This document shows positions 53,207 to 63,819 of a stretch of 64,000 nucleotides of DNA, one piece after another. The DNA comes from Rhodospirillales bacterium (lineage in GTDB: Bacteria; Pseudomonadota; Alphaproteobacteria; Bin95). Position 1 is the stretch's first letter. Each line of letters begins with the position of its first letter. The notes under the pieces were generated by a model. It was given only the letters and a program-made list of their open reading frames with translations, searched no databases and was not told where the DNA came from. The position numbers and the translations under genes were made by a program. The stretch is from contig JAYQLI010000035.1 of assembly GCA_038143065.1 (NCBI GenBank), forward strand, positions 96,001 to 160,000. Direction: 5' to 3'.

Positions 53207-54578
53207 TCGTTCAGCAGCTATCTCTCGCGCCATAGACGGCTTCGATAATGGCGAATTTTTCAGTGTGCTTAACAGGCGGGTGCAAATTCAAAGCACTAGC
53301 CAAGAACCGTCGCGGGCTTCCGAATTGGATAGATACCTTTTTGAGGAAATTGGTCCCAGTCTCGAGGCCGATCTGGGAGTTGTTTGGGAGGTTCACCCAA
53401 ATCCCCTCGATGCTGGCCCAATTCTGATCGGAGAACGCCATGAGGGGGCAGATTTGCCCACTATCCTTTTGTATGGCCATGGTGACACGGTTCGCGGGCA
53501 AGAGGAATTTTGGAGCGCTGGCCTCGTTCCTTGGAAAATAATCGTCGAAGGTGAGCGCTGGTACGGGCGCGGTACAGCAGATAATAAGGGTCAACACACT
53601 ACTAATTTTGAGGCCTTAAAGGCTGTTTTAGCGGAGCGGGGAGAGCTTGGGTTCAACCTTCGCCTCCTTATCGAAACAGGGGAGGAAATGGGCTCCAAAG
53701 GTTTGCGAGAGTTTGCTCAAGCAAACAAGGAACGTCTCAAAGCGGACGTTCTCATTGCTTCTGATGGTCCTCGCGTACAGGCCGAACGGCCAACCGTATT
53801 TCTTGGTAGTAGAGGTAATTTAAATTTTACGCTTTCTATAAATGCGCGCGATGGTGCACATCACTCTGGAAACTGGGGTGGCTTAATCTCTAATCCCGCC
53901 GTACAGCTAGTGAACGCGATTTCCACTTTGGTTGATGGACGAGGTCAGCTTTTAGTTGAAGGATTGAAGCCGCCCCCAATATCTAACGCTGTCCGAGCAG
54001 CTTTGGCCGATTTAAATGTAGATGGCGGTCCAGATGCTCCAGCGATTGACGGAGATTGGGGCGCTAAAGACCTGACACCAAATGAACGTGTTTTTGCTTG
54101 GAATACTTTAGAAATTCTTGCGATGGAGACCGGAAATCCATCTGCACCGGTCAATGCAATTCCAGGAAATGCGTTTGCTGTATGTCAGATACGTTTCGTT
54201 GCTGGCTCAGATCATGAGGGCTTCTTGGAAGCAATCCGTGACCACTTAAAACTTAATGGCTATGCCATGGTTAATGTTGAACCTTCCCGAGGGGCAATGT
54301 TGGCAACTAGGACAGAATTAGATGAGCCTTGGGTAGGACGCACTGTTAATTCATTCGAGAAAACCTCTGGTAACAGGCCAGCTATTCTTCCTAGTTTAGG
54401 TGGTTCTATACCAAATGATGTTTTTACAGATATTTTAGGCATGCCGACTGTTTGGGTCCCTCATTCATATTCGGGATGTCAGCAACATGCTCCGGATGAG
54501 CATGCATTGGCTCCAATCTTAAGAGAGGGATTAGGTCTAATGACGGGGCTCTTCTGGGATATTGGCGCTAAAACATAG
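53199..54578 (+). CDS. M20 family metallopeptidase/amidohydrolase
   Basis: YGHGDTV, GRGTADNKGQH, GEEMGS, SDG, HSGNWGG, QHAPDE. Confidence 0.9.
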   Translation: MTDRSAAISRAIDGFDNGEFFSVLNRRVQIQSTSQEPSRASELDRYLFEEIGPSLEADLGVVWEVHPNPLDAGPILIGERHEGADLPTILLYGHGDTVRGQEEFWSAGLVPWKIIVEGERWYGRGTADNKGQHTTNFEALKAVLAERGELGFNLRLLIETGEEMGSKGLREFAQANKERLKADVLIASDGPRVQAERPTVFLGSRGNLNFTLSINARDGAHHSGNWGGLISNPAVQLVNAISTLVDGRGQLLVEGLKPPPISNAVRAALADLNVDGGPDAPAIDGDWGAKDLTPNERVFAWNTLEILAMETGNPSAPVNAIPGNAFAVCQIRFVAGSDHEGFLEAIRDHLKLNGYAMVNVEPSRGAMLATRTELDEPWVGRTVNSFEKTSGNRPAILPSLGGSIPNDVFTDILGMPTVWVPHSYSGCQQHAPDEHALAPILREGLGLMTGLFWDIGAKT

Positions 54579-54757
54579 AGCTTATCTGCGGAGCGCCATC
54601 TGGTTTTTGTTCTCTGCTTAGTCAGCATCCCTATTAAAAATATATGTCATGCTATTCAGTTTTGACGATCTGTAAGTTTGATGGTTGGAAGCGCTTTCCG
54701 TGTTGATCTAGAAAGACTATCTTCGTCTCTCTCGTTTCGTTTTCAAGCAGTACAGTT

Positions 54758-55288
54758 ATGAGCAAAGGTAAGCGCTTCGGTGGTTATGGACCGGCGCTGT
54801 TCATCTGGAGTTTGGCGATCTCCCTCGCGGTGATTTGCTATTTCGTCAAGGGTGAACAGGCCTTCATCCGAGCATTCTGGGCAGACATGGAAATTGTAGA
54901 GACCATGGCGCCGCGGTTCCTACTTGGTCTAGCTTTAGTGGGATTTTTAACAGTACTGGCCCCACGTGAAGCAGTAGCCAGGACCCTTGGTGGAAATTCG
55001 GGTATGAAGGGCTTAATGCTTGCTACTGGAGCTGGAGCGTTATTGCCGGGTGGGCCTTGGGTAATTATGCCCTTGGCGCTGACTATTTCAAGGGCTGGTG
55101 CTGATGCTGGCGCATGTGTTGCTTTTGTAATTGCCTGGGGGGCTCTTGGTCTTAATAGGTTGCTTGTTTGGGAACTCCCTTTCTTGGGTTTTGAAACCGC
55201 GGGCCTCCGTTGGTTACTGGCGCTGCCACTGCCAATTTTAGCGGGATTAGCTTTACGCCGGTTCCTTCCATACGTGGCGGTGCGTTGA
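54758..55288 (+). CDS. Predicted permease subunit (DUF318/ArsP-like)
   Basis: About 5 hydrophobic helices, GALLPGGP, W..L...R...WELP. Confidence 0.7.
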   Translation: MSKGKRFGGYGPALFIWSLAISLAVICYFVKGEQAFIRAFWADMEIVETMAPRFLLGLALVGFLTVLAPREAVARTLGGNSGMKGLMLATGAGALLPGGPWVIMPLALTISRAGADAGACVAFVIAWGALGLNRLLVWELPFLGFETAGLRWLLALPLPILAGLALRRFLPYVAVR

Positions 55289-55788
55289 TGTCGGCCTCGC
55301 TAATAATAATGATCTTGCTTGTTTTAGCGGCTGCGCTTGCCACAGCGTTAAAGCCTGGAGTTAGCTTCAAAGAAGCTCTCCAGATTTCAAAAACCCAGGC
55401 AATAAGAGTACTCCCTATAGTAGTACCCGCTGCGTTTATTGCAGGATTTCTAGCAGAACTTTTACCGAGGGAGCTAGTTTCAGGTCTAGTGGGACCTGAA
55501 AGTGGGATTATAGGTTTTGCTCTTGCCGCCTTTGCTGGTGCTATTCTCCCAACTGGACCTATGGTGGTTTTACCCCTCGGCGCTGCGTTACTTCAGGCTG
55601 ATGCTGGATTTGCGCAAATCTTAACACTTTATGCATCATGGACGTTGGTTAACGTGCAGCGCTTCATCATCTGGGAGGTTCCCTTAGTAGGGATGAGCAT
55701 GGCAGCGCGCCGTTTAGCTGGAGGTTTTGTAGCATTGCCATTTGCTATCCTTGGTGCAGAGTTGATCGAGCTTATTCTTGCGCGCTAG
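55288..55788 (+). CDS. Predicted permease subunit (DUF318/ArsP-like), paralogue of the upstream gene
   Basis: GPESG, GAILPTGP, R...WEVP. TGATG coupling with the upstream gene. Confidence 0.7.
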   Translation: MSASLIIMILLVLAAALATALKPGVSFKEALQISKTQAIRVLPIVVPAAFIAGFLAELLPRELVSGLVGPESGIIGFALAAFAGAILPTGPMVVLPLGAALLQADAGFAQILTLYASWTLVNVQRFIIWEVPLVGMSMAARRLAGGFVALPFAILGAELIELILAR

Positions 55789-55854
55789 CTATAAGGCGAT
55801 GATGTATCTATCTTTATAAAGATCTTCTTACCCCTATGGAGTTTTACTGAAACT

Positions 55855-56556
55855 ATGTCGAACCTGGTGCTTATTCGCCACGGCCAAAGCCAATGGAACT
55901 TAGAAAATCGTTTTACCGGCTGGAAAGACGTTAACCTCACTGATGCGGGTGAGGCAGAGGCTCGAGAAGGTGGAAGATTGCTGCGTGAACAGGGATTTGA
56001 TTTTGATATCTGTTACACATCCGTTTTAACTCGTGCAATTCGAACCCTTTGGATAGTGTTGGATGAGATGGATCGCCGTTGGTTGCCGGTTGTAAAAGAC
56101 TGGCGTTTAAACGAGCGGAGTTATGGTGGTTTGCAGGGATTAAATAAGGCAGAAACAGCTGAAAAGCATGGCCTTGACCAGGTTATGATTTGGCGGCGTA
56201 GTTTTGATATTCCTCCACCAAGTCTTGCTTCTGACGACGAACGTTATCCAATTGATGACCCACGTTATCGGGATTTACCAAGGGAGAATATTCCTCTAAC
56301 GGAAAGCCTCAAAGATACTATTGCGCGGGTCCAGCCATATTGGGAGGCTGAGATTGCTCCAAAGATCCGATCTGGACAGCGCGTCCTTATTTCTGCTCAT
56401 GGCAATAGTTTGCGTAGTCTAGTTAAACATCTGGATGGGATCTCTGATTCTGAAATACCTCAGGTTGAAATCCCGACAGGAAACCCGCTGGTTTATGACT
56501 TAGATGATAACTTGAGGCCCAAGTCTAAGGCGCGATACCTAAAGCCTCACGAATGA
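55855..56556 (+). CDS. gpmA: 2,3-bisphosphoglycerate-dependent phosphoglycerate mutase
   Basis: [42 protein letters not shown]. Confidence 0.96.
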   Translation: MSNLVLIRHGQSQWNLENRFTGWKDVNLTDAGEAEAREGGRLLREQGFDFDICYTSVLTRAIRTLWIVLDEMDRRWLPVVKDWRLNERSYGGLQGLNKAETAEKHGLDQVMIWRRSFDIPPPSLASDDERYPIDDPRYRDLPRENIPLTESLKDTIARVQPYWEAEIAPKIRSGQRVLISAHGNSLRSLVKHLDGISDSEIPQVEIPTGNPLVYDLDDNLRPKSKARYLKPHE

Positions 56557-57299
56557 CAGCCGTAGTAATTACTGGCGCCGCTTCAGGTATAGGGGCTGCC
56601 ATTGCAAACCGAGTGGCAGCGCCCGGCGTAAAACTCGTTTTGCATAGTCGCAAGAATGTTGTTGGCCTATTGGCTGTGGCGGAAGCAGCTCAAGCAGCTG
56701 GGGCCGAAACAAAAACAGCCATTCTCGATTTATCAGATCCGTCAAATGCTGCAAAACTAGTTCAAGATGCCGTGCACTTTATGGGAGGTATTGACTGGCT
56801 GATTTCTAACGCCGGTTTTGCGGATAGCCGTTTGATTTCTGATTTGCCAGACGATGGTGTCCAAGCAAGTATGACACCAATAGCTGATAGCTTTTTCCGA
56901 ATGGTAAAGGAGGCAGCGCCATTCTTGCAAGCATCCGAGCGTGGCCGTGTGGTAGCTATATCGTCATTTGTTGCTCATCGTTTTTCTCCTTCAGGAGATC
57001 ATTTTCCAGCATCGGCAGCGGCGAAAGCAGCATTAGAGGCGTTGGCGCTTAGCCTTGCGTCTGAACTCGCAAGCGCCAGCGTCACGGTTAACATTGTCGC
57101 TCCTGGCTACACTCAAAAAGATAAAGGCGCCCATGCTGCTCTTTCACCAGAACGCTGGCAGGAAATTATAGAGCGCATTCCCTTTGCCCGTCTGGGAAAG
57201 CCCGATGAATGTGCGGCCGCCGTAGCTTATTTTTTGTCAGACGAAGCGGCCTATGTGACTGGGCAGATTATTCATGTAGATGGTGGGTTAGGACTTTGA
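56553..57299 (+). CDS. SDR family oxidoreductase
   Basis: [20 protein letters not shown] (Tyr of YxxxK replaced by Ser), [15 protein letters not shown]. Confidence 0.88.
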   Translation: MTAVVITGAASGIGAAIANRVAAPGVKLVLHSRKNVVGLLAVAEAAQAAGAETKTAILDLSDPSNAAKLVQDAVHFMGGIDWLISNAGFADSRLISDLPDDGVQASMTPIADSFFRMVKEAAPFLQASERGRVVAISSFVAHRFSPSGDHFPASAAAKAALEALALSLASELASASVTVNIVAPGYTQKDKGAHAALSPERWQEIIERIPFARLGKPDECAAAVAYFLSDEAAYVTGQIIHVDGGLGL

Positions 57300-58423
57300 T
57301 TACTGCTTTCCTGAATTGAATTTATGGCCTTCAGGCCAGTTCCAGTCAGGAGTAGGGCGATGCTATCATTTTTTTGAATAACACCATTTGAGATTAAGTT
57401 TGAAAGCCCTGCGGCACCGGCTGCTGTAGTTGGTTCTACAAAGAAACCCTTGCCATGAAGTCTTTGCATAGCCTTTATAATCTCAAGTTCAGAAACACCA
57501 ATCAGTCTGCCACCACTCTCTCGACACGCAGATAGAACTTCTCTGACACGAACGCCTTTTGATGAAGTTATGCCGTCTGCAATAGATGGTTTTGGATCAA
57601 TAGTTATAGGCTCGCCGTTACCTTCCCAAGACGCGAGGTAGGGGGCTGCATTGATGGCTTGTACGCCATGAATTGCGGGAATCTTATTGATTAGATTTGC
57701 GGCATAGAGCTCCTTAAATCCAATGTGTAGACCTATCACGTTGCCGCCCTGGCCACATGCAACTACCACATGATCAGGTGAGGTGCCTCCTAGTTGTTCC
57801 CAGAGCTCGAAGGCAACTGTTTTGCAGCCTTCTAAGAAGAAAGGCTGAATATTGTGTCCGGCATAAAAGGTGCCTTTCAAAGCTTCTGAAAGAGCAGCAT
57901 CAGCAGCGTTCTGTCGAGGCCCATCAATGGCTCGAAGTTCAGCGCCCATTGCTCTCATTTGGGATAGCTTTGCAGGTGGGGCAGAAGCGGGTGAAAAAAT
58001 AGTGGCGTCCATATTGGCTCTGGCAGCATAGGTCGCTACTGATGAGCCTGCATTCCCACTGGAATCTTCAAGAATTTTTTCTATGCCATGGCCTTTAAGG
58101 TAAGCCATCATCACAGATACGCCACGGTCTTTAAACGATCCAGACGGCATCATGTGATCGCATTTAAAAGCTACTTTGGCCCCATCCCATTCACCTTCAA
58201 TGAGAGGCGTCCATCCCTCACCCAGAGATAGGGGAGGCGCTTCAATCCGCAGCATTCTTGAATAACGCCAAATGGAAGGGTCTGAAGTCTCAATTTCTTG
58301 GGCGTCAAAGATGGTTGCTTGGGTGAGGTTTAGGTAATTACCGTCATCAGGAGCAGACCAAAGCGGTTGCGAAATACTCCATTCCGCCCCCGAGCGCGGA
58401 TTTACATAACGGCATTCGGTCAA
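57272..58423 (-). CDS. Threonine synthase-like PLP-dependent enzyme (fold type II)
   Basis: SLGEGWTPL, PSGSFKDRG (PLP Lys), EDSSGNAG, EGCKT, VEPT, LTGTGLK. Confidence 0.85.
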   Translation of the reverse strand: MTECRYVNPRSGAEWSISQPLWSAPDDGNYLNLTQATIFDAQEIETSDPSIWRYSRMLRIEAPPLSLGEGWTPLIEGEWDGAKVAFKCDHMMPSGSFKDRGVSVMMAYLKGHGIEKILEDSSGNAGSSVATYAARANMDATIFSPASAPPAKLSQMRAMGAELRAIDGPRQNAADAALSEALKGTFYAGHNIQPFFLEGCKTVAFELWEQLGGTSPDHVVVACGQGGNVIGLHIGFKELYAANLINKIPAIHGVQAINAAPYLASWEGNGEPITIDPKPSIADGITSSKGVRVREVLSACRESGGRLIGVSELEIIKAMQRLHGKGFFVEPTTAAGAAGLSNLISNGVIQKNDSIALLLTGTGLKAINSIQESSNQSPNPPST

Positions 58424-60015
58424 CTTACATTCTCCTCAGCCAGGATTTCCTCTGCCATGCGGCGCATGTCTGTTTTTCTAACTTTGATGGCATTGGCACT
58501 CTCTGTGACTGGAAAAACGTCCAATGGGACTACCCGGATAGGAACCTTGTAGTCGGCTAGACGATCTCTGCATCGTGCAATTGCCCTTTGTTCATCAAAA
58601 GGAGTAGTACCGTTCAGAAGAACAAATGCAAAAGCTTTATCCCGCGTTCCAATTCGTGTTTGTACTACTTGAGCTTCAAGGACAGCTGGATCCGCCTCCA
58701 ATTCTTTCTCAATATCCATTGGGTTTGTAAGAAACCCGGCTAGGCGAAGTACGTCCCCCATTCGAGCCAGATACACAAAACTGCCATCTTCGCGCATTTT
58801 ACCAAGGTCACCCGTCTTAAAGAATCCGTCTTTGGTAAGTGATCCGGTAGTTGCTTCCGGGTTGTCAGCATACTCCAACATTCTTGTAGGGCTCTTAATT
58901 TGAATTTCACCTTCCTGTCCAGTTGGTAGAGGGACATCGGTGTCTGGATCACTTACACGAATTTCTGTTTCAGGATGAACCGGCTGTCCTCCGCCAATTA
59001 CGCGATCATCTTCGTGAAGAGACATGTCCTGAAAAGCAAAAAGCGCGCACACCTCACTCATGCCATAAACAGCACAAATTGGAATTCCTCTGTCTCTGGC
59101 AATTTTTCGAAATGGTTCCAAAGGGGGATTGGCTCCAAAAGAAGGTGCAGGGGCAAGTTTTGGGAATGGAATTTTTTCGGGACGACTTGCGACCATACGT
59201 TCGTACATCGCATCCATTCCAATCATATGAGTTACGCCGTGGCGAACAAATAATTCAGCAGCTGAGATAGGCTCGAATACAGACTGAATTATTTGAGGCC
59301 GAATTGCAGCAATACCCAAAGTTGCAACATTAAGACCTACAACACCACAAAGGGGAGCTGCTTGAAATACAACACCGTCTGGTCGGTCTAAACCCCAAAA
59401 ATGGGGAAGGCGTTGGGAGTGTAATGCAAGGCTATGATGAGCATGTAGAACAAATTTTGGCTTTGAGGTTGTACCGGAAGTGGTAAAAATCTGGCATGGC
59501 GTGTCAGGAGTGGCTCTATCCTCTTTCATAGTTCCGTTTTGAGAGAGCTCTGATAGCGGAAAGGTAGGTCGATCCAGTACTATTCCCTCATCTGTTTCAC
59601 CGAACAGTAAGACCTTCTCTAGAGATTTAAGAGAATTGCTATCTACTCCAGCCAATATGTTATCAAATTCAATACCTTTAAATCCTGGGTCGAACGCAAG
59701 TAGCTTAGCTCCAGATCGACCAACGATATCCTCGACCTCTTTGGATTTAAAGCGAGTGTTTACGCCTACGTTAATCGCACCAATACGCCAGATAGCATAA
59801 GTCAAAGCATAATGTTCTGGAGAGTTTGGGAGCCAAAGTGCGATCCGGTCTCCTCGGCCTAAGCCAAGTGCTGTTAGTCCAGCAGCATACTTTCGAGCCA
59901 ATTCCTCGAGTTCAGAAAAAGAGGTTTTTCCATTTTCGTGAATTAAAGCTGTTTGGTGTCCTGCAACATCCGCTGCATGAGTTAATTGGCTGGTTAGTGT
60001 TAGGACTCCAGACAT
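58420..60015 (-). CDS. AMP-binding acyl-CoA synthetase
   Basis: FTTSGTTSKPK, YGMSE, FKTGDLG, LADYKVP. Confidence 0.9.
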   Translation of the reverse strand: MSGVLTLTSQLTHAADVAGHQTALIHENGKTSFSELEELARKYAAGLTALGLGRGDRIALWLPNSPEHYALTYAIWRIGAINVGVNTRFKSKEVEDIVGRSGAKLLAFDPGFKGIEFDNILAGVDSNSLKSLEKVLLFGETDEGIVLDRPTFPLSELSQNGTMKEDRATPDTPCQIFTTSGTTSKPKFVLHAHHSLALHSQRLPHFWGLDRPDGVVFQAAPLCGVVGLNVATLGIAAIRPQIIQSVFEPISAAELFVRHGVTHMIGMDAMYERMVASRPEKIPFPKLAPAPSFGANPPLEPFRKIARDRGIPICAVYGMSEVCALFAFQDMSLHEDDRVIGGGQPVHPETEIRVSDPDTDVPLPTGQEGEIQIKSPTRMLEYADNPEATTGSLTKDGFFKTGDLGKMREDGSFVYLARMGDVLRLAGFLTNPMDIEKELEADPAVLEAQVVQTRIGTRDKAFAFVLLNGTTPFDEQRAIARCRDRLADYKVPIRVVPLDVFPVTESANAIKVRKTDMRRMAEEILAEENVS

Positions 60016-60083
60016 TCTTTGACCTCCTTGCCTTTTAAGATCATGCAGCCGAAGCTTTCAAGCGTCGAGAGGGCTAGATACTG

Positions 60084-60913
60084 ATGTACGAAGAATTCAA
60101 AGAGTTTGAGAAAGCTGGTTGGGAAAAACTAGCAGATAGTTACTTCGAGGTTACACACACTTCTACCTCAAAAGCAGCTGAAACTCTTCTAAAATTTGTC
60201 GGATGTGAAGGGGATAATGCGACCAAAATTCGATTACTCGATGTTGCGTGTGGTCCTGGCTATTCTGCAGGTCTAGCTGTTAAGAGAGGAGCTGTAGCTT
60301 TTGGTCTCGACTTCGCGGCTGCTATGGTGGACAAAGCATCTACGCTCTACCCCGCGGCAGTGTTTAAAGAAGGTGACGCAGAGAATTTACCTTTTGAAGA
60401 CAATAGTTTTGATGCTGTCGTATGTGCTTTTGGCCTACTTCATTTTGCGGACCCCGATAAGGCGATAGCAGAGGCTTTCCGTGTTCTAAAACCTGGTGGG
60501 CGATACGCGTTCACTGTGTGGCGATCGCCCGAAGAAGTGGAAACTTTCCAGATTTTCAGGGTGCTATTGCTGCACATGGAAGCCTTGTTGTGCCAATTCC
60601 CCCTGGTCCAGATATGTTTCGGCTTAGTCGGGATGGTGAGGCAGCCGGGGCTCTGGCTTCAGCAGGATTTTCAAGTATTTCAATCTCTAATCTCAGTTTA
60701 ACCAGACAATCGAGCCCTGAAGCACTTTTGGCAAATCTTGCTAAAGCAACTGTGCGCACCCGAGCTCTTTTTGATGCTCAGCTTGAACACGCCAAGCCAA
60801 AAATAGAGGCTGAAATTATTAAGCTTGCTAAGGAACTCATGGAGAAGCAAGGGGGTAATATTTTAATACTAAAAATGCCGGCTCTTCTCGCAGGAGCAAG
60901 GAAGCCTAGCTAA
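60084..60913 (+). CDS. Class I SAM-dependent methyltransferase, frameshift ~60555
   Basis: [24 protein letters not shown]-terminal half is in ORF 60518..60913. Confidence 0.88.
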
Positions 60914-60949
60914 AGAGAATTAAATTTTCTGGCCAAAACGCACTCTGTT

Positions 60950-61354
60950 CTAGCCTGGAGGAGCGCAGGGGACTGTTCCCATTTCGCCTGGCGTAGATAA
61001 CTCAAGAATGTCCAGATCTTCAGAGCAACCAAATTCGTTATGTTTCATTCCGCCCGGGATGAAAAGTGATTCACCTTCTTTCACGCGTACTTGCTCACCA
61101 GTTTCGAATTCTAAATCAACCCAGCCTTTGAGAACGTAAACAAACTGACCATCACATTGATGATAATGCCACCCAGTTGGTTCGGTCATACCACGAATAG
61201 CAGTCATTGTTTGGGCGCGAAGAGCTCCGTTTGAAGCTGCCATTACCCCAAGATCACGATACTTAAAGAAATCCCTACGGCCATCAACGAGAGGGGCGTT
61301 TTCCTTTGTGGCGTGGGCAATAGTACCTTTAGCGGTAGGGTTACCTTCAGTCAT
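60950..61354 (-). CDS. Cupin domain protein
   Basis: GWHYH...QFVYVLKGW, GESLFIPGG..H.E. Confidence 0.88.
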   Translation of the reverse strand: MTEGNPTAKGTIAHATKENAPLVDGRRDFFKYRDLGVMAASNGALRAQTMTAIRGMTEPTGWHYHQCDGQFVYVLKGWVDLEFETGEQVRVKEGESLFIPGGMKHNEFGCSEDLDILELSTPGEMGTVPCAPPG

Positions 61355-61383
61355 CGCTTGTCTCCTTTTAATCTAGTAGCAAA

Positions 61384-61941
61384 CTATACACGTCCAGCGT
61401 TAAGGTTTTCCAGAGCGTTCTCAAGGCCAATTTTTGCACCAGTAAAATGAGGATGAATTTCAAGAGCACGCTTGTACCATTCTGTGGCGCGCCTCCAGTT
61501 TTTTAGGCTGGCCGAAATCATGCCTAGGCCGGCCATAGCGCCATAATGCCTTGGTTCGAGTTTTAGAACATTTGCACAATCAGCAACGGAACCTTCTAAA
61601 TCTCCAACCATATACCTGAGAGTTGCGCGTTTATTCCATGCTTCCGCAAATTCAGGGTTTCTCTCTAAAGCTTCCGTAAATGCTAATTCAGCAAGTCGAG
61701 CCTCACCCCGGTTCATAAAAGCAATACCGATAAGTGTTACTTCTCTCGTCCGTTTATCGGGGTGTTCCAGCCAAATTCGCCAAATCTTATCTTCATGCTC
61801 ACTTGCGGTGGCAGCACTTTCAGCAGCTTTTAGCTCCAGAAATAGATAATTAAGTCTGGGATCATTTTGGTCTGCATATACGCTTTGCGAGTACACAGAC
61901 ATTGCGGTTACTAGTGCTAAGGCATTTAGTAACTTACTCAT
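61384..61941 (-). CDS. Secreted tetratricopeptide repeat protein
   Basis: Signal peptide, IWRIW, FAEAWNKRAT, LEPRHYGA TPR units. Confidence 0.85.
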   Translation of the reverse strand: MSKLLNALALVTAMSVYSQSVYADQNDPRLNYLFLELKAAESAATASEHEDKIWRIWLEHPDKRTREVTLIGIAFMNRGEARLAELAFTEALERNPEFAEAWNKRATLRYMVGDLEGSVADCANVLKLEPRHYGAMAGLGMISASLKNWRRATEWYKRALEIHPHFTGAKIGLENALENLNAGRV

Positions 61942-61987
61942 GTGACATCAGAGGACGCAATTTGAAGAGGTTGAAACACAAATTATC

Positions 61988-62392
61988 CTAAGCTTGTTCC
62001 AATTCGACTAGAGTACCGCAGAAATCTTTTGGATGGAGAAAAAGCACTGGCTTTCCGTGAGCGCCAATCTTCGGCTCACCATCACCAAGGACTCTTGCTC
62101 CCTCGGACTTTAGTTTATCCCTAGCAACTATGATATCATCCACTTCATAGCAAACATGGTGCATTCCGCCTGAAGCATTGTTGTCTAAAAAGCCTTTGAT
62201 AGGAGATGCATCTCCGAAGGGATGTAATAACTCCACTTTGGTGTTGGGAAGTTCCACAAAAACAACTGTGACTCCATGTTCCGGGAGATTTTCTGGTTCA
62301 GTTACTGAAGCCCCAAGAACTGTTCTGTACTGATTGGCTGCACCTTCTAGATCTGGAACAACTATCGCAATGTGGTTCAGGCGCCCTATCAC
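61988..62392 (-). CDS. mce: Methylmalonyl-CoA epimerase
   Basis: MIGRLNHIAIVVPDL, EHGV, GGMHHVCYEV, GAHGKPVLFLHPKDF.GTLVELE. Confidence 0.96.
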   Translation of the reverse strand: MIGRLNHIAIVVPDLEGAANQYRTVLGASVTEPENLPEHGVTVVFVELPNTKVELLHPFGDASPIKGFLDNNASGGMHHVCYEVDDIIVARDKLKSEGARVLGDGEPKIGAHGKPVLFLHPKDFCGTLVELEQA

Positions 62393-63594
62393 TAGATGGC
62401 CTCTTTTACATCGTTGGCACCGAGGGTTCGCGCAGCAAACTCTTCGGGCACCTCACGACCAGTGTCGGTAAAGGCCTTTTTAACTGCTTCTACATTCCCA
62501 GCCAGTACAGTGGTCCTATTAGCTTTAACAAAGGCATTAGACTTATTAATTGTCTCTAATTGTCCTTGAAAACGCGGAGCAACATAGCGGGCAAAGAGTT
62601 CGTAGCTCTTCATAATTTGCTCACGATTAGCCCATTCATTGGCACGAAAAGTCATCGCGCCAAAACCGCCTTTCGAAAGCTCAAGCAGGTACTCAATGCC
62701 TTTTGCCACTGTATCTGGCGATCCTATGAGAGTTGTCCCCATTTTAACTCCGTCTCGCAGAGGGTCATCTGATCGGCCAGGTGGGCGCCCGAGGGTCTCT
62801 TCGAAGTAGGTAACTGTTTCTAATCGCTCGCCGGCTTTAACTTGCCTTAGAGCCTCTTCGTCGTCCTCTGCACAATGCATGTTAACTACGACCCGCCAAT
62901 TATTCCGGTCCATGGTTTTGCCATGCTTAGCGGCTTCGTCTTCTGCAATACCCCATTGTTTAGAGAGCATCTCTGGCCCTCCAGGAATTCCTGCACCGAT
63001 GGAGAGTACTCCAATACCATGCCTGCCTGCAGCCATCATTCCAAAGGGAGTAATTGTTGATGCAACTGCCACTGGAAGCTCACTAGACCAGGGAGCGAGG
63101 TGAAGTTGACCTTCTCTAAGAGTGAACCAGTCAGTTTCCATGGTTACTGGTTCTTCACACTTAAGAAGGCCCATAATTGCGTCAAGCGCTTCGACCATTC
63201 GCCTGCGTTGGTCCACCGGGTTTATGCCCATCATGTAGGCATCTGATGGCAGAGCTCCTGGTCCACAGCCAAGCATAACGCGGCCTTTACTCATGTGATC
63301 AAGCTGAACAAACCGTTGAGCTACAAGGAAAGGGTGGTGGTAGGGAAGGGAGGTCACGCCTGAACCAAGCCGAATATTTTTTGTTCTTTGGATTGCGGCG
63401 CCGATGAATATCTCTGGAGAAGCGATGGTTTCCCAGCCTGCAGAATGGTGTTCGCCGATCCAAGCTTCATCGTAGCCCAGATGATCGAGCCATTCGATCA
63501 GCTCCATGTCTCGATCCATTGAAAGAGTTGGGTTTTCTCCAACAGCATGGAAAGGGGCCAGAAAAATACCAAAACGCATTCCACGACGGGCCAT
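62392..63594 (-). CDS. LLM-class flavin-dependent monooxygenase (limonene 1,2-monooxygenase-like)
   Basis: FGIFLAPFH, EAWIGEHHS, GVTSLPYHHP, GCGPGALPSDA, ELFARYVAP. Confidence 0.9.
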   Translation of the reverse strand: MARRGMRFGIFLAPFHAVGENPTLSMDRDMELIEWLDHLGYDEAWIGEHHSAGWETIASPEIFIGAAIQRTKNIRLGSGVTSLPYHHPFLVAQRFVQLDHMSKGRVMLGCGPGALPSDAYMMGINPVDQRRRMVEALDAIMGLLKCEEPVTMETDWFTLREGQLHLAPWSSELPVAVASTITPFGMMAAGRHGIGVLSIGAGIPGGPEMLSKQWGIAEDEAAKHGKTMDRNNWRVVVNMHCAEDDEEALRQVKAGERLETVTYFEETLGRPPGRSDDPLRDGVKMGTTLIGSPDTVAKGIEYLLELSKGGFGAMTFRANEWANREQIMKSYELFARYVAPRFQGQLETINKSNAFVKANRTTVLAGNVEAVKKAFTDTGREVPEEFAARTLGANDVKEAI

Positions 63595-63819
63595 AACGAT
63601 TACTACCTCACTTTTCCAATGATACGCACAAATACGCTTAACCATGGCTTGAACAGGAAGCAAGTACAGATCGGCGTTCTCCCAATCAAAGTTAACCTTT
63701 GATCACTTTTCAGATAAGGACATGATTGTAATTTTTGGATACAAAAAGAATATGAATATATATAAAACAATAATTTAATTAATAAAATTAATAAAAAAAG
63801 TTAAAAGTTTTTAAAATTG

